Positions 12,478 to 25,800 of a stretch of DNA of 64,000 nucleotides are shown here, one piece after another; position 1 is the first letter of the stretch; every line of letters starts with the position of its first letter. Origin of the DNA: Chrysomallon squamiferum (lineage: Eukaryota > Animalia > Mollusca); the NCBI GenBank assembly GCA_012295275.1, contig CM022665.1, positions 48,608,001-48,672,000 on the forward strand, read 5' to 3'. The notes under the pieces are model-generated. The model was not told the DNA's origin. It searched no databases and worked only from the letters and a program-made list of their open reading frames with translations. The translations under genes and the position numbers were made by a program.

Positions 12478-15400
12478 GTAATCCAGGTGGAGTGGTGCCT
12501 GGAGACAAGAGTGATGATGATTTTAGTGATTTGTTTTCAGGGATTTGTCTTGGACTGCAGTGTGCTGTGATTGAGTTCGCTAGAAATGTCATTGATGATT
12601 TAAATGATTTATTTTCAGGAATTTGTTCCACTGCAGTTTGAGTGATTGAACACCAAACCCTGTTTGGCTGGAAAGAAGTCATTCCACAATTGTTTGTAAA
12701 ACACCAAACCCTGTTGTATATATTGTATACAGTTTTATTTGTCTGGTTCTGTTGTATGTATTGTATACAGTATTGTTTGTGTCTGGTTCTATTGTATGTA
12801 TTGTCTGTGTGTCTGGTTTTGTTGTATGTATTGTATACAGTATTGTTTGTGTGTCTGGTTCTGTTGTATATATTGTATACAGTATTGTTTGTGTGTCTGG
12901 TTCTGTTGTATGTATTGTATACAGTATTGTTTGTCTGTATGTCTGGTTCTGTTGTATGTATTGTATACAGTATTGTTTGTTTGTTTCTGTAGAGGTTCAG
13001 TATATAATCCGCTGATACTGACCAAGTTAAAAATATCAGAGAATTAATTCTGCTAAATATGGCTACTTAATGTTTTCCTGTTCAAACAGAACCTCATCAT
13101 TTATTACATAAAATACTATCTTGTATCTCCTGCCAGTGGGAAGGTGTGATGCACAATATTGTTTGCTAATCATAATATTAATTGCTTTTACAGTTCCTGT
13201 TAGAGATGATCAATATTTTGACTTTTGACTTTTCCATTTATTTTTTAATTGTGCTTTTAACTTATTTTTTTTTATCTAATGGTTTACTATTCCATTTAGA
13301 TTTTAATCAAAATTTTATTTGTTAATCAAACATTTTTTTATCAGATAGATAGTTACATTGTTATGTTGACACTATTAAAGAAAATATTTATTGTCATTAA
13401 TAAAGAATTTGTTTAACTCTGATGCTAGTAAAGAAAATATTTAGCATCATTAATGGAGAATTTTGTCAGGAAGTTAGTTATACAACATGTGTGTTTTATT
13501 CTGATAATAATAAAGAAAATATTTAGCCGCACAAACAAAAAGAATATTATTTAAATTTTTTAAAATATTTGTCCCAGGTTATTGAGATGCCAGAACACAA
13601 CCCAGGCCAGAAAGGAGGAACAATGAGACTGGGACAGAGAAAAACCATCTTCAAAAAGTCTAACTGCTTAATGAGTAAGTACTTTCGACGTTATTTCCAG
13701 TTCTAGACAGCGTCTCAGAACATCAAGTACATCGATGTCTCAAACGCTTATTTATTTTCTTTGAAGATTTAAAAAAGTGCTGCTGAAAAGAAAAGAATCC
13801 TTGATGTGTGATGGCAGTGTGTTGAATGTTTTTTATGGTGTTGGTCAAAAAGAAAAAAAGTGTTGAAAAAGAAATTTTGATGCAGACATTAAAATTGTAT
13901 TAAACATAAATTTATTTAATACATAAATAAAATGCAGTGTTTTGCTGTTGATCCTGATATTATTTGTTTGTTCAAAAGAAAAGATTTACATGTATATTTG
14001 GTATTAAACAAAAATTTCAAGTTTACAATAATTAACAATTGTTTTTGAATGATTTGTTTGTTTGTTTGTTCATTTACATGTATATTTGTTATTAGTAAAA
14101 CAGTCAAGTTTTCAATAGTTAGGAATTGTTTATGTGAATGATTTGTTTGTTTTCAGAGAAACTGTACCACAACGTTGAGTTTGTGGAAGAAAGACACAGA
14201 CACAGGTTTGAGGTAAACTTTTTTACTGTCTCTGGTGACACTGATAAGTATCTGTCCCTGTCTGCTCTCCTGTCTCTTTGTCTCTGTTTCTAAACTATAA
14301 AATATATTTTTTGATAAAAAAATATATAAATATTATATAAAAGATGCCTTGTTACTAAATGCCAAGATTTATCAGCATTTTATTAACATGTTCCCTTTCA
14401 ACAAATACACTCTAAAGATTTAAAAAAAGACAAAAAAAGACAAATAAACTGATAAAATAAAATAACAGGGATAAATAAATAAATAAATGAAAGAAAATTA
14501 AAGAAAAAAAGTAAACAAACAACCAAAGAAAATAATATATATATATATGTATGCATATATATATAAAGGGAAAAAATAATAAAAATAAACAAACAAACAA
14601 ATAAAAGAAAGAAAAAAAAAAAAAAATATTAACAAAGAAAATGAAATATTGCTCTGGAATAATTTAAAATGCTGTCTGTCTTGTTTGGTGTAATGTAGTA
14701 GATATTTAAAAGCCATTTTTTGTTTTTTTGTTTATTTTACCTGTTTTCTGAATTAACAGGTAAACCCGACAATTGTGAAGGAGCTGGAGGAGAAAAAGGA
14801 ATGAAGTTTGTTGGTCACAGTGTGGATGGAGAAAGAATGGAGATTATGGAGCTGGATGGTGAGTTCTGTGAAACACGAAACACAGAAATGTTGTTAAGCA
14901 AAAAAAACACAAATATTCTGTTTAGACTAATTGTCACGTCACAAAAACACAATCATTTTATTTGAAAAAAAAATAGATTATGAGAAATCAGAAACTCATT
15001 TGTGAATTGATCCTGGGCCAGTAAATAATAATTAATTATGTAAATATATATTTTAATTATTTTAGTGCTTTAACTCTGTTACATAATTACTACGATAATT
15101 ATTAGTAATTGTGTAACATTTATCGTAATTACTAGTCGTGCTATTGTTGTATTATATAATCACTCCAGTAAATATTAATAATTATGTAATATTTATCATA
15201 ATTATTATTAGTGCTACTGCTATACTATATAATTACTGCCGAAGTTTTGATTACTAATATTATAATGGTTTAATTTAGCTAGGTTTATAAGTTGTTAAGT
15301 AATATATCTTAGATTTACAACTGTTGTTGTTATTATTATTATTTTTTTTAACTAAATAAGTCACTGACAGTGACTTTATTCTTATAAAGTATAGGATTAC

Positions 15401-16345
15401 AGTCCAGAGAAGAATGTACATATAACAAAATTAAAATTAAAATTAAAATGCTCAGTTGATGAATGCAGGTATTGTTAATTTTTATTAACTAAATAAATCA
15501 TTAATGAATACAGTTATTGTTAGATTTTATTAACTAAATAAGTCATTGATGAATACAGTTATTGTTAGATTTTTAAAATAAATAAATCATTAATGAATAC
15601 AGTTATTATTAGATTTTTAAAATAAATAAATCATTAATGAATACAGTTATTATTAGATTTTTAAAATAAATAAATCATTAATGAATACAGTTACTGTTTT
15701 TATTAACTAAAATAAATCATTGATGAACAGTCACTGTTAGATATTAACTAAAATAAATCATTAATGAATACAGTTATTGTTAGATTTTATTAACTAAATA
15801 AGTCATTGATGAATACAGTTATTGTTAGATTTTTAAAATAAATAAATCATTAATGAATACAGTTATTGTTAAAAAATAAATAAATCATTAATGAATACAG
15901 TTATTATTAGATTTTTAAAATAAATAAATCATTAATGAATACAGTTATTATTAGATTTTTAAAATAAATAAATCATTAATGAATACAGTTACTGTTTTTA
16001 TTAACTAAAATAAATCATTGATGAACAGTCACTGTTAGATATTAACTGTTACAAGTAAATTAAGTGCACAGAAAGTTGAGTTTGTCAGTTAACATTTCAG
16101 ATCACCCGTACTTCGTTGGCGTGCAGTACCACCCCGAGTACATCTCACGCCCCATGAAGCCGTCTCCGCCCTACCTGGGCCTCCTGCTCGCGTCCTGTGG
16201 CAAACTGGAAGCTTACGCCAGCCGAGGCTTTCGCCCGTCGCCGAGGATGTCGTTCTGTGAGGATGACGATGACGATGACACTGATGAAGAACTTGAAAAC
16301 GCCACATCGCGGCTGGTTGTGGAAGCGAAAGCAAACACTTCATGA
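4549..16345 (+). CDS. CTPS1: CTP synthase (amidoligase + glutamine amidotransferase), 14 coding exons
   Basis: Exons: 4549-4714, 5169-5339, 6769-6869, 8103-8219, 8588-8671, 9353-9433, 9977-10264, 10942-11030, 11772-11866, 12541-~12715 (disrupted), 13578-13674, 14157-14212, 14760-14858 (+2 nt), 16101-16345; all GT-AG. Motifs: [64 protein letters not shown] (catalytic Cys), [22 protein letters not shown] (His-Glu). RYHQAW keeps the His associated with filament formation. Confidence 0.97.
5337..5530 (+). repeat. 99-bp tandem duplication spanning the CTPS coding exon 2 donor
   Basis: AAG|GTAAACTACTACTTAG... occurs with GT at 5340 and 5439. The unit also contains a degenerate dispersed-repeat (SINE-like) core. 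Confidence 0.9.
5371..5560 (+). mobile_element. Degenerate dispersed repeat, possibly a SINE core
   Basis: Motif gtggtatgtgctgt.ctgt.tg.gggaaagt..taataaagatc.ttgctgttaatggaaaa has loosely similar copies near 13120-13170 and 25260-25325. SINE assignment is inference. Confidence 0.3.
6245..6790 (+). repeat. ~100-bp tandem array spanning the CTPS coding exon 3 acceptor
   Basis: cag|TTGTGCC(T/A)CA(C/T)ATCACT(G/C)ATGC starts at 6253, 6431, 6667 and at the true exon start 6769, with partial copies between. Confidence 0.9.
6950..7260. repeat. TA-rich low-complexity / minisatellite
   Basis: Repeated tatagttatatatatatc / tatagttctatattt units. Confidence 0.85.
7350..7420 (+). mobile_element. Possible degenerate LINE reverse-transcriptase fragment
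   Basis: acggaagtaaaaagagggtgtcaggtttcacctctc translates [12 protein letters not shown], resembling the GVxQGCxLSP motif of non-LTR RTs. No open frame beyond it. Confidence 0.3.
8216..8280 (+). repeat. 27-bp repeat x~2.5 spanning the CTPS coding exon 4 donor
   Basis: CAG|GTAAAT with GT at 8220, 8247 and 8274. Confidence 0.9.
9077..9293. mobile_element. Possible piggyBac-like MITE remnant
   Basis: TTAA-CCCTT at 9073 (and again at 9111) and AAGGG-TTAA at 9289-9297. TIR match is only about 5 bp. Confidence 0.35.
10270..10920. repeat. ~43-bp minisatellite filling CTPS intron 7
   Basis: ttcacactaaataattgtttatttgacaatcttgacttttgta repeated from donor to acceptor. Confidence 0.9.
11985..12380. 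repeat. (ATT)-derived low-complexity repeat
   Basis: tattattattgtatttactattattatt units; source of spurious I/L/Y-rich ORFs. Confidence 0.9.
12711..12990 (+). repeat. 38-42-bp array spanning the CTPS exon 10 donor
   Basis: CTGTT|GTAT(A/G)TATTGTATACAGTATTGTTTGTGTGTCTGGTT repeated about 6-7 times from the presumed donor at 12716. Confidence 0.85.
15455..16045. repeat. ~44-bp minisatellite in the last CTPS intron
   Basis: taaataaatcattaatgaatacagttattattagatttttaaaa repeated, with an apparent higher-order duplication. Confidence 0.9.
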
Positions 16346-18924
16346 AAAATTTTCAAAAAAATTAAATAATTAAAAAAAAATATCCCAAGATGAGCCTGAT
16401 AATAATATCTGAAAGAAGTCAGGATGTTTCTGCACAAATTTTAAAAAATTTTCTTTTTTTAAATTTTCTCAATTTAAAAGCTTCATGCAATGTTGCTTAA
16501 GATTTTGCTTTTTTAATGATTTTTTTTAAAGTGATCAAATCTGCATTTGTTTTTTCTAAACTAGATCAGCATTTAAAAAAAAAAATGAATGTCTTATTCA
16601 TGCAATATTTATTTTAGCTAGCTTTTTTTTTTTAGCTTTTTCGACTTATCTATATCTAAATATACAATCTTTAATATATTTTTTTTTATCTTGTTAGAAT
16701 TTTACTTGTCTTTTCTTTCTTGTCACTCGAAATAACAACTGATTTTTAGTTGCTGTTGATTTTTGACTTGCCAAGAGGTTTTTACAAAGAACATTTTAAA
16801 TTTTGGAACAAAATATGGCTTGATAGTTGCTGAAGAATTCCAGTAACTGACTGTACAAAATTTACAGGGTGTGAGATTAATGCAAACGAGTCAAAATATT
16901 TATTATTTTGTCGTGTAAATACAAATTGTTGAGGTTTTTGTTGGTTTTGTTATTAGAGAAAAAGCTAAATTAAGATGCTGATTGGATTTATTTTGATGTT
17001 TAAATGATTCTGGCACCACAAAACAAATCCATATTGACAAATTTTGTCTGGTGGCAGATACTGAAACATCTCAAATGTTTGTTTTTGTTAAATTTTAAAT
17101 CTCGTCTCATTTAAACACAACCTACAACTTGACGGTTGCAGTTTTTGACATTTTGTTTTCATTTTAACATTAATCACTAACCTACTAAGCATTGTTGGGT
17201 TTTAATAAAAAAAAAAATAATAAAAATTGTTATTTTGTGAAAAATTAAATATATTTTTGTGAAAAATAACCTGAAGTCAATCATTAAATTGGACATCATG
17301 TTAACATGTGTTTCATATCAGACAACTGTCACATCATTAGTGACATTAACTTGTTTTTTACTTTCAGATTCTAACACCAAGATATCTTGTTTGGTTTTTT
17401 TTACATCATTTCAATGTGTACACTTAGTTTTTATTGTTTCAAATTGTAAATCGACATTAAGACATCTTTTTAAGACATTATTTCAAATCATGTATTTTTG
17501 TAATTCAAACTGCCAAATGACATTAAGACCATAGTTTTTTTTTGTTTTTGTTTTTTTTTACAAACTAAACGTGTATTTTTGTATGATTTAATGGGATTAA
17601 CTGATTATTCATCATTTCAAATTTTAAACCTATTTTTTGTATAGCTTCGTGCTGTAAACTGACAATTGGATATTTTATACAAATTTATTGACTGACGACA
17701 AGTATCGTGTACATTGCAAAGCATAATCTGATGTGACACAAAACACAACAGTTTTATAACTTATGTTCTTATTAATCTTTTTAATTGTTATTTAAATAAT
17801 TTGTGATCACTGTTGATGTTAATTTGTGACATTAGTAAGTGTCTAGTTGTCACCACTGCATATTTTTTAATTCAAAATTTTTTGTCAACTTTTTATTGCA
17901 CTTTTCATCCATTTTTTGTTTTTTGTAGTCAATAGTTACTTGTCTACCATTTAAAAAAAATATTGTTTGAAGTGTGAATTTAGATAAACATTTTTGGATA
18001 ATTTAAATGAATAACATTGATTGTTTTAATTTTTTTAAATAATTTTATTTTTGGTCTTCAGATTTTATTTTATTTTTAATAAGTAAATTTATCTAAATTT
18101 ATACGTAATTAAGATCAATGATTTTTTTCGTGTAATCGTCACTGAATTCTGCAAAAAAATACCTTTGTGATCTTTTTTTTTTTTGTATTTTAAAACCAAT
18201 AAATCATAACACACAGTGTTAAAAACAATGTAAATAGTGTAAATATTAAAAATGTCCCATTGAAGTACTCATTCAGTGAAAATCTTTTTACTGGGCCCAA
18301 AAACTCTTCCAGGACTGACAGTATTTATATTTTAACAACATCATCAACAACAACATCACTCCAGTATTGTTTCTGCTTTTATTCTGAATCTCAGTACTAA
18401 ATAATTTACAATATTTTCCCACTAGTATATTAAATTATGAACATTTTTATCAACATAGAAACAACCAAAAAAAAAAAAATAAAAAATCCCCTCAACTTTT
18501 TAGCAGTTTTATGATGTTTTGCTGAGCAAACATTTCATCTTTGTAACAGATTTTACTTAAATGTTTGTAGAACGAAAAAAAACACAAAAAAACCATCAAT
18601 AAAGAGAAGGTAACTCTATAATGTGTTTTGTCATATTTCTGTACCAGTTTATTGTTTGTCATGTTGTTGCTGTGTCTGCTGAAGTAAAAACATCACAGTG
18701 GTTGTAGTATCAGTCTCAGTGTGTTGTATTGCACTTTTCAACCCAAATCAAGCCTGGATGGATGGCTGTGAAATTCATTAAAGCTGATTTTTTTTTTTTT
18801 AGAAATATGTTTTGATGAGTTATCCTGTTAGGTTTCTGGAAAACTGTTTTTATGAGCAAGTTTCTGTTGTGAAATAAACTCATCTTGTCAGGAACTGATC
18901 TGAAAAAAATCAAATTTACACATG

Positions 18925-19335
18925 CAAATATTAACTTGATTTTTTTTTTTTTTTTTTTTTTTTTGCCATTTTAAAGGAAAAATTGAAAATTATTTTTCTT
19001 TGAAATTTCATATGTATATATAAATAGTTTTATAATTGTTTGGTTTTTAAAAGTTTTCTGAGATCATTACAAATGACAAAAATGTCAAAAAACAAGAAAA
19101 TGAAAGGATGGTTGTTACAAAGAGGTGTTTAGTAAAATATTAACTTGATTTTTATTTTGCCATTTTAAAGGAAAAAAAAAAAAAAAAATTTGTGTGAAAT
19201 TATATATATATAAATAGTTTTATAGTTGTTTGGTTTTTAAAACTGAAGTTTTATGAGATCACTACAAAATGACAAAAATGTCAAAAAACAAGAAAATGAA
19301 AGGATGGTTATTACAAAGAGGTGTTTAGTAAAAAT
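18925..19335. repeat. ~200-bp tandem duplication in the presumed TTK 3' UTR
   Basis: Two copies of aaatattaacttgatttt...ttgccattttaaaggaaaa...aatgtcaaaaaacaagaaaatgaaaggatggtt.ttacaaagaggtgtttagtaaaa. Confidence 0.85.
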
Positions 19336-19345
19336 CAGAGACAGT

Positions 19346-19806
19346 TTAAAAACTCAGCACAGTTACATCGTTTCTTCTTGACTTGGCCGGCACATCTAAA
19401 CTCCTCAGATCTATCTTCTGTCCAGTGTTCAGCTTCTCCAGCAGATCCTGAACAAAACAAAGCATCCATTTACATCCACACAGTCACTAAACAGCAATAC
19501 AGATATGTGAGTGAGTCCACAAGATTAAACAGCAATACAGATATGTGAGTGAGTCCACAAGATTAAACAGCAATACAGGTATGTGAGTGAGTCCACAAGA
19601 TTAAACAGCAATACAGGTATGTGAGTGTGTCCACAAGATTAAACAGCAATACAGGTATGTGTATGTGTGTGTCAGTGCACAAGATTACACAGCAATATAG
19701 ATATGTGAGTGTGTCCACAAAGATTAAACAGCAATACAGGTATGTGTATGTGTGTGCATAAACAGTGCACAAGATTAATACACAGCAAAACATATAGTTT
19801 ATTTTA

Positions 19807-19843
<37 letters not shown>

Positions 19844-22373
19844 ATTCTAGTTTAAACCCTCCACAAAGAATTATTAAACAGTATACTATTCTAGTTTAAA
19901 CCCTAGTTCAGTCTAGTCGAGATATGTGTACTTTCTAGTTTAAAACCCTAGTTCAGTCTAGTGTAGTTTAAACCCTAGTTCAGTCAAGATTAAAAATTAT
20001 TATTTTATATAGTATATGTGTAAACCCTAGTTCAGTCTAGTGTAAGAATTATTATTTTATATAGTATACATTCTAGTTTAAACCCTAGTTCAGTCAAGTC
20101 TATGTAAGAATTAAACATTCTAGTTTAAACCCTAGTTCAATATAGATATAGTATACTGTTCTAGTTTAAACCCTAGTTCAGCATAAACAATTATTATTTT
20201 ATATAGTATACTCCTAGTTTAAACCCTAGTTCAGTCAAGATTAATTAAATATTTTTTAATTTAATTTAGTTTAAACCCTAGTTCAGTCTAGTCAATGTAA
20301 GAATGCTAAAAACATATTAGTTTATTTATATATGCTTACTGGTTACTCATTCAATCTGGTTCAGTCTAGTTATTTTAACTTGTGTATACTATTCTAGTTT
20401 AAACCCTAGTTCAGTCTAGTCAATGTAAGAATTATTATTTTATATAGTATACTATTCTAGTTTAAACCCTAGTTCAGTCTAGTCAATGTAAGAATTATTA
20501 TTTTATATAGTATACTATTCTAGTTTAAACCCTAGTTCAGTCTAGTCAATGTAAGAATTATTATTTTATATAGTATACTATTCTAGTTTAAACCCTAGTT
20601 CAGTCTAGTCAATGTAAGAATTATTATTTTATATATTTTGTTTACTTTTGTGAGAGCCTGGATGGTTCTAGGTGAAGATTCTGAGAACTGAACCAACAGA
20701 CGTTTTACATCAGACTTGTCCACTGTGAAAAAAAAAAAAATAAATAAATATATATAAATAATGAATGAAAAAAAGCACGTGTTTAAGAATGAAGTTAACA
20801 CTTTAGTTTGCAAATATCGACTAAAACTACATATTACATACATGTATATATAAAATAATGAGAATAAATAAATAAATAAAAATTAATAAATATAAATTAA
20901 AAAATAAAACATGAAATAAAATTAGAAAAAATAAAAAAATATATAAAAAGAACATGGTAGATAAACAAAACAATTTTTTTTTTTATTATTAAGAATTATT
21001 AGAATAACACATTTCGTTATTAGCATTAATAAATTATTTTGCTGTATTTCCAATAAAATACACAACAAGTGGAAATCCATGCTAAAATGAACAACAGTAA
21101 AATGCTACAGGTAACAGAAGAAGAAGAAGGTGTTGAGTACCTGGGGTTCCCTGTTTTCCCTCCGACATCTTCATTTTGTCTTCTATCAGATACGCGTGCT
21201 GCAGTAGTTGCGTTGCGCTTGGTCGCTGCTTTGGGTCTCTCATCAGACATTTCTAAACACAAACACTATTATTATTATTTTTATTTTAAATAAACATTTC
21301 ACAGATTTACAAACCACTTCACTGACTGTTATTTTAATGATCACTACTTTTAAACTTTAACAAAAAATGTTAACCCTTTATCTGCGACATGCAAACATAT
21401 CCACTCAAATTTTGTTACTGTTAACTCTGGAAAGAAAGCAGGTTCACCCTGGGGCTTAGAAAATCTTTTTGTTATGCTGCAAGAAGCAGACACACCCATA
21501 GAAACTCCCAAACAATCCCAACAGCCCTGAAGTATAAAATATGAATTCTGTTTTTTTGTGTGGACAAATAACCTCACTATGGCAATGACAGTAAAATTTG
21601 ATTAAGCAGTAAAAGGGTTAACAATAGGACAGCAGTGAAGAAATATTCCTGAATAATAATTTGTAATAAATTTAACATTAGGACAAATAATAAATAAAAT
21701 GAAGAGTAATTTGTAATCAATTTAACATTAGGAATATAATAAATAAAATGAACAGTAATTTGTAATCAATTTAACATCAGGACTATAACAAAGAAAATGA
21801 ACAGTAATTTGTGATCAATTTAACATCAGGACTATAACAAAGAAAATGAACAGTAATCTGTAATAAATTTAACATTAAGATTGTAATAAATAAAATGAAG
21901 AGTAATTTGTAATCAATTTAACATTAGGACTATAAGAAATAAAATGAACAGTAATCTGTAATAAATTTAACATTAAGATTGTAATAAATAAAATGAAGAG
22001 TAATTTGTAATCAATTTAACATTAGGACTATAAGAAATAAAATGAACAGTAATCTGTAATAAATTTAACATTAAGATTGTAATAAATAAAATGAAGAGTA
22101 ATTTGTAATCTATTTAACATTAAGCTGATTAGGATTGTAATAAAGAGATTAAGAAGAGTTTAAACCTGCAGGACGTCCAGCAGATTCTCGTCCTGTATGG
22201 GGGGGAACTCTATGACGTGGTTGGGGTTTTTGATTGCGTCCAGTTTGCTCCAGCAGCTGCGAATGTCCTGAAACGGCGTTTTTCCGTAGACCATGTTGTA
22301 CAGGATGCAGCCCAGCGACCAGATGTCACTTTTTGTACTCACCTGCAGTCAGATAGTGTTTTATTATTATTAC

Positions 22374-22406
<33 letters not shown>

Positions 22407-22862
22407 TTTCTTTTAGCTTATCTATAGTAAAATATTAATTTATCAGTTATTGTTATTTTTATATTATTTTTAATAACATTTTAATAATTTAAGTTATTAT
22501 TATTATTATTTTTTTTTTTTTTATCTGTAGTAAAATAGTAAATATATCAGTTATTGTTATTTTTATATTATTTTTAATAAAATTTTAATTATTTCAGTTA
22601 TTATTTTATTATTTTTTTTTTTTTTTTACATCTGTTTTATTATTTCAGTTATATCTTATCTAAAATAAAATATTAATTATATCAGTTATTAATAACACTG
22701 AGAGGCCATGAAATAATAATAAAAATAAAAAAAAACAAAAACAACTTTACAAATTCAAAAATAATTAAAATTAAATGACAAAAAAAAAAAACTAGAAAAA
22801 ATAATTACTTACACCTGCAATTTTCGTTAAAACTCATTTAAATAACTATTTTATTATCACTG

Positions 22863-22897
<35 letters not shown>

Positions 22898-25800
22898 TCT
22901 GTTTGGAGTTTATGGTTGCACATTAAGGACACTAATGACTCAGGTACAAGAACCACAGTGAGAGAAAAACAAACAACGTCGCATACTTTGTGTTTCTGGC
23001 TGCTGTTGCCGCCGATGTCGAGCAGTATTTCAGGACTCATGTAGTTGGGTGTTCCTTTCGGCGTTGACAACACCACGCTCGTCTTGTCCTGCTGAATGGC
23101 ATTGGCGATGCCGAAGTCGATCAGTTTGAGGTTGCCGTCCACCAGAATGAAATTGGCAGGCTTCAGATCTGAATGGATAATTCCTGTAAAAACAAAAAAT
23201 AATTCAAAAAATGATGTTTAGTGTAGTCTCAAAACTGAAAACTTGAATGTTTTTGCTAGTAACAAATCTGTATGTCCATGTGAACTAGTAAACAATATCA
23301 GTTTTCCCTGGTATAAGCTGTTTCCTGTTCCAGCCAGTGTCCCTGATTGTTTCTCATTCTCTGGTATCTGCTTTCATATCTATTGTCTAGTTTATAAAAG
23401 TGACTCTCTGTGATAAGAAAGCAGCTTTTTTTTATTAAAACACTAACCAATTTAATTAATTCATGTATTAATGATTAAAGTAGAATCATTCAAATTTTAA
23501 CTACTTCCATTTTGCCACTGAATTACTTTTAACAAAGCCTATAGATATACAAACACATTAAAGTTTTGTTAGAAATCTGATTATTACTAACATACTCACT
23601 AATCTTTTCCACTGATACTTTTGACGTCTTTATTAAACCTTTCATGGAATCTGGATGTTAAAATGAGTTTGTAAAACTGTTTTTCCTTTTGTTTCTTTCA
23701 TTCATTTTGTCTTTTTTAAAAAATAACAACTGATTTACCTTCTTTGTGTAAAGCTTCTACTGCTATGAGCATCTCTTTCCAGTAGAACTTGATCAGTTTG
23801 TCGTCCAGTGATTTCTTGTTTTTCAGTTTCTTCTGAAAAAATGTGGCCAGGTCTGTCCCTCCGAGTTCCATCACAATGTTTCACTCTCTTTGAATTCACT
23901 GAAACAAACAGAGCTTATTTTCATTTTCTTTGAATTCACTGAAATAAATATACAGAGCTTATTTTCACTCTCTTTGAATTCACTGAAATAAATATAGAGC
24001 TTATTTTCACTCTCTTTGAATTCACTGAAATAAACAGAGCTTATTTTCACTCTCTTTGAATTCACTGAAATAAATATACAGAGCTTATTTTCATTTTCTT
24101 TGAATTCACTGAAATAAATATACATAGAGCTTATTTACACATTCTTTGAATTCACTGAAATTTACATAGAGCTTATTTTCACTCTTTGGAGTCATCAAAA
24201 TAAACAAAACATGCAGTTTAAATTTCACTTTTTCAATTCACTGAATAAGTGAGTTTATTTTCACTTCCTTTGAATTAACTAAAACAATTATACATAGAGC
24301 TTATTTTCACTCTTTGAATTCACTGAAATAAACAAAACATGCAGTTTAACTTTCTCTTTCTTTGAATTGACAGAAATGAAAAAGGAACACAGTGAGCAGT
24401 GATTGAGTAAAATCGGTGAGTACTCACTAGCTGTACATTCGTATGACGCTCTCACAGTACTGCAGCCTCTGCAGCAGCTGAACCTCGTTGATGTATCCTT
24501 CCTTCATCGTCTCGTTAGCAGCTGTCAGGTCAACACACTTCAGAGCTCTCAGATTTCTGTTTGAGTCAAACACATGGAACACCTGAAAAATACAATACAA
24601 ATAAATAAATAAATAAATAAATAAATAAATATATGTAATATATAACTGAATCAAACACATGGAACACCTTAAAAATACAATACAAATAAATAAAAATATA
24701 AATAAATAAAAAAATAAATAAATGTAATATATAATTGAATCAGGCACATGGACCACCTTAAAAATATCAATAAATAAAAAAAAAATAAATAAATAAATAA
24801 ATATATAATTGAATCAAACACCTTAAAAAAATATTTAATATATATAATAATAAAAAAAAAATAGGCAATTTCTAATTGAATCAAACACATGGAACAGTTT
24901 AAAAAATAAAAAAAAAATAATAAATAAATAAATAAATAAATGTAATATATAATTGTATCAAACACACCAAGCACCTTAAAAAAAAAAAATAAAAAAAAAA
25001 AATAAAAAAATAAATGTATTATATAAATGAATTAAACACATGGAACACATTAAAAAAAAAAAAAAAAAAAAATAAATAAATAAATAAATAAATAAAATAA
25101 ATAAATCCAGCAACATTTTTTTTTTGTTAACAAATATTATCCAAATGCAACATTTTTCACTTTTTGTTAATTACTGATTTTCCAAACTGTTTGTTACTTG
25201 TAAAACATTCCCATTTCTTTTTTATATTTTGTTTTTTGTTTGTTTAAATTACACGATGACTGTTGCAGTATACTTTGCTGTTTGTGGGAAGGTGAATATT
25301 AAACAAATATTTTTCTGCCAATGAGTGAGAGTTGGTTAGAAAGCAGCAATGTCATATGAGATCTGAACCATGTACACATGAATTGTATGTGTTTTACCTT
25401 AGCAGAACCTCCTGTTCCAATTAGATTTAACTTAGTGTACACCTGGTCGTTCACCTGAATCACCTCCATGTTAGACTAGAAAAAAATACACATTCATTAA
25501 TCTTTATTAAAACAGATAAACACAACGTCATTTATTTTTATATTACCAGTGCATAATTAAATAAAATCTGTATTTAGCATAATCTTTATTACAGTGAATA
25601 ATCATCAGGTCATGTTTATTATATATCAAAAAAAAAAAAAAAAAAAAAAAAAATAATAAAAAAAAAAAAAAAAAAATAAAAAAAAAAAAAAAAAAAATAA
25701 AAAAATAATAAAAAAAGAGGTTGATTGTCAGGTTAAGTATTAGTCTTTATCAAAAAACAAACAAAAAATTAAATGACAGAATATCACATTTATAGAGATT

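Noticed and set aside
12639-12641. In-frame TGA as selenocysteine
   Set aside because: It lies in scrambled duplicate sequence, not at the catalytic Cys, and no SECIS was recognised.
11923-13047. Multiple overlapping 70-150 aa ORFs rich in I/L/Y/C/V
   Set aside because: They are translations of ATT-type and 42-bp tandem repeats in CTPS introns. The same applies to poly-I, poly-L, CV and HT ORFs elsewhere.
19840-20635. AAACCCT telomere-like motif in the 63-bp repeat
   Set aside because: One motif per unit, not a tandem telomeric tract.
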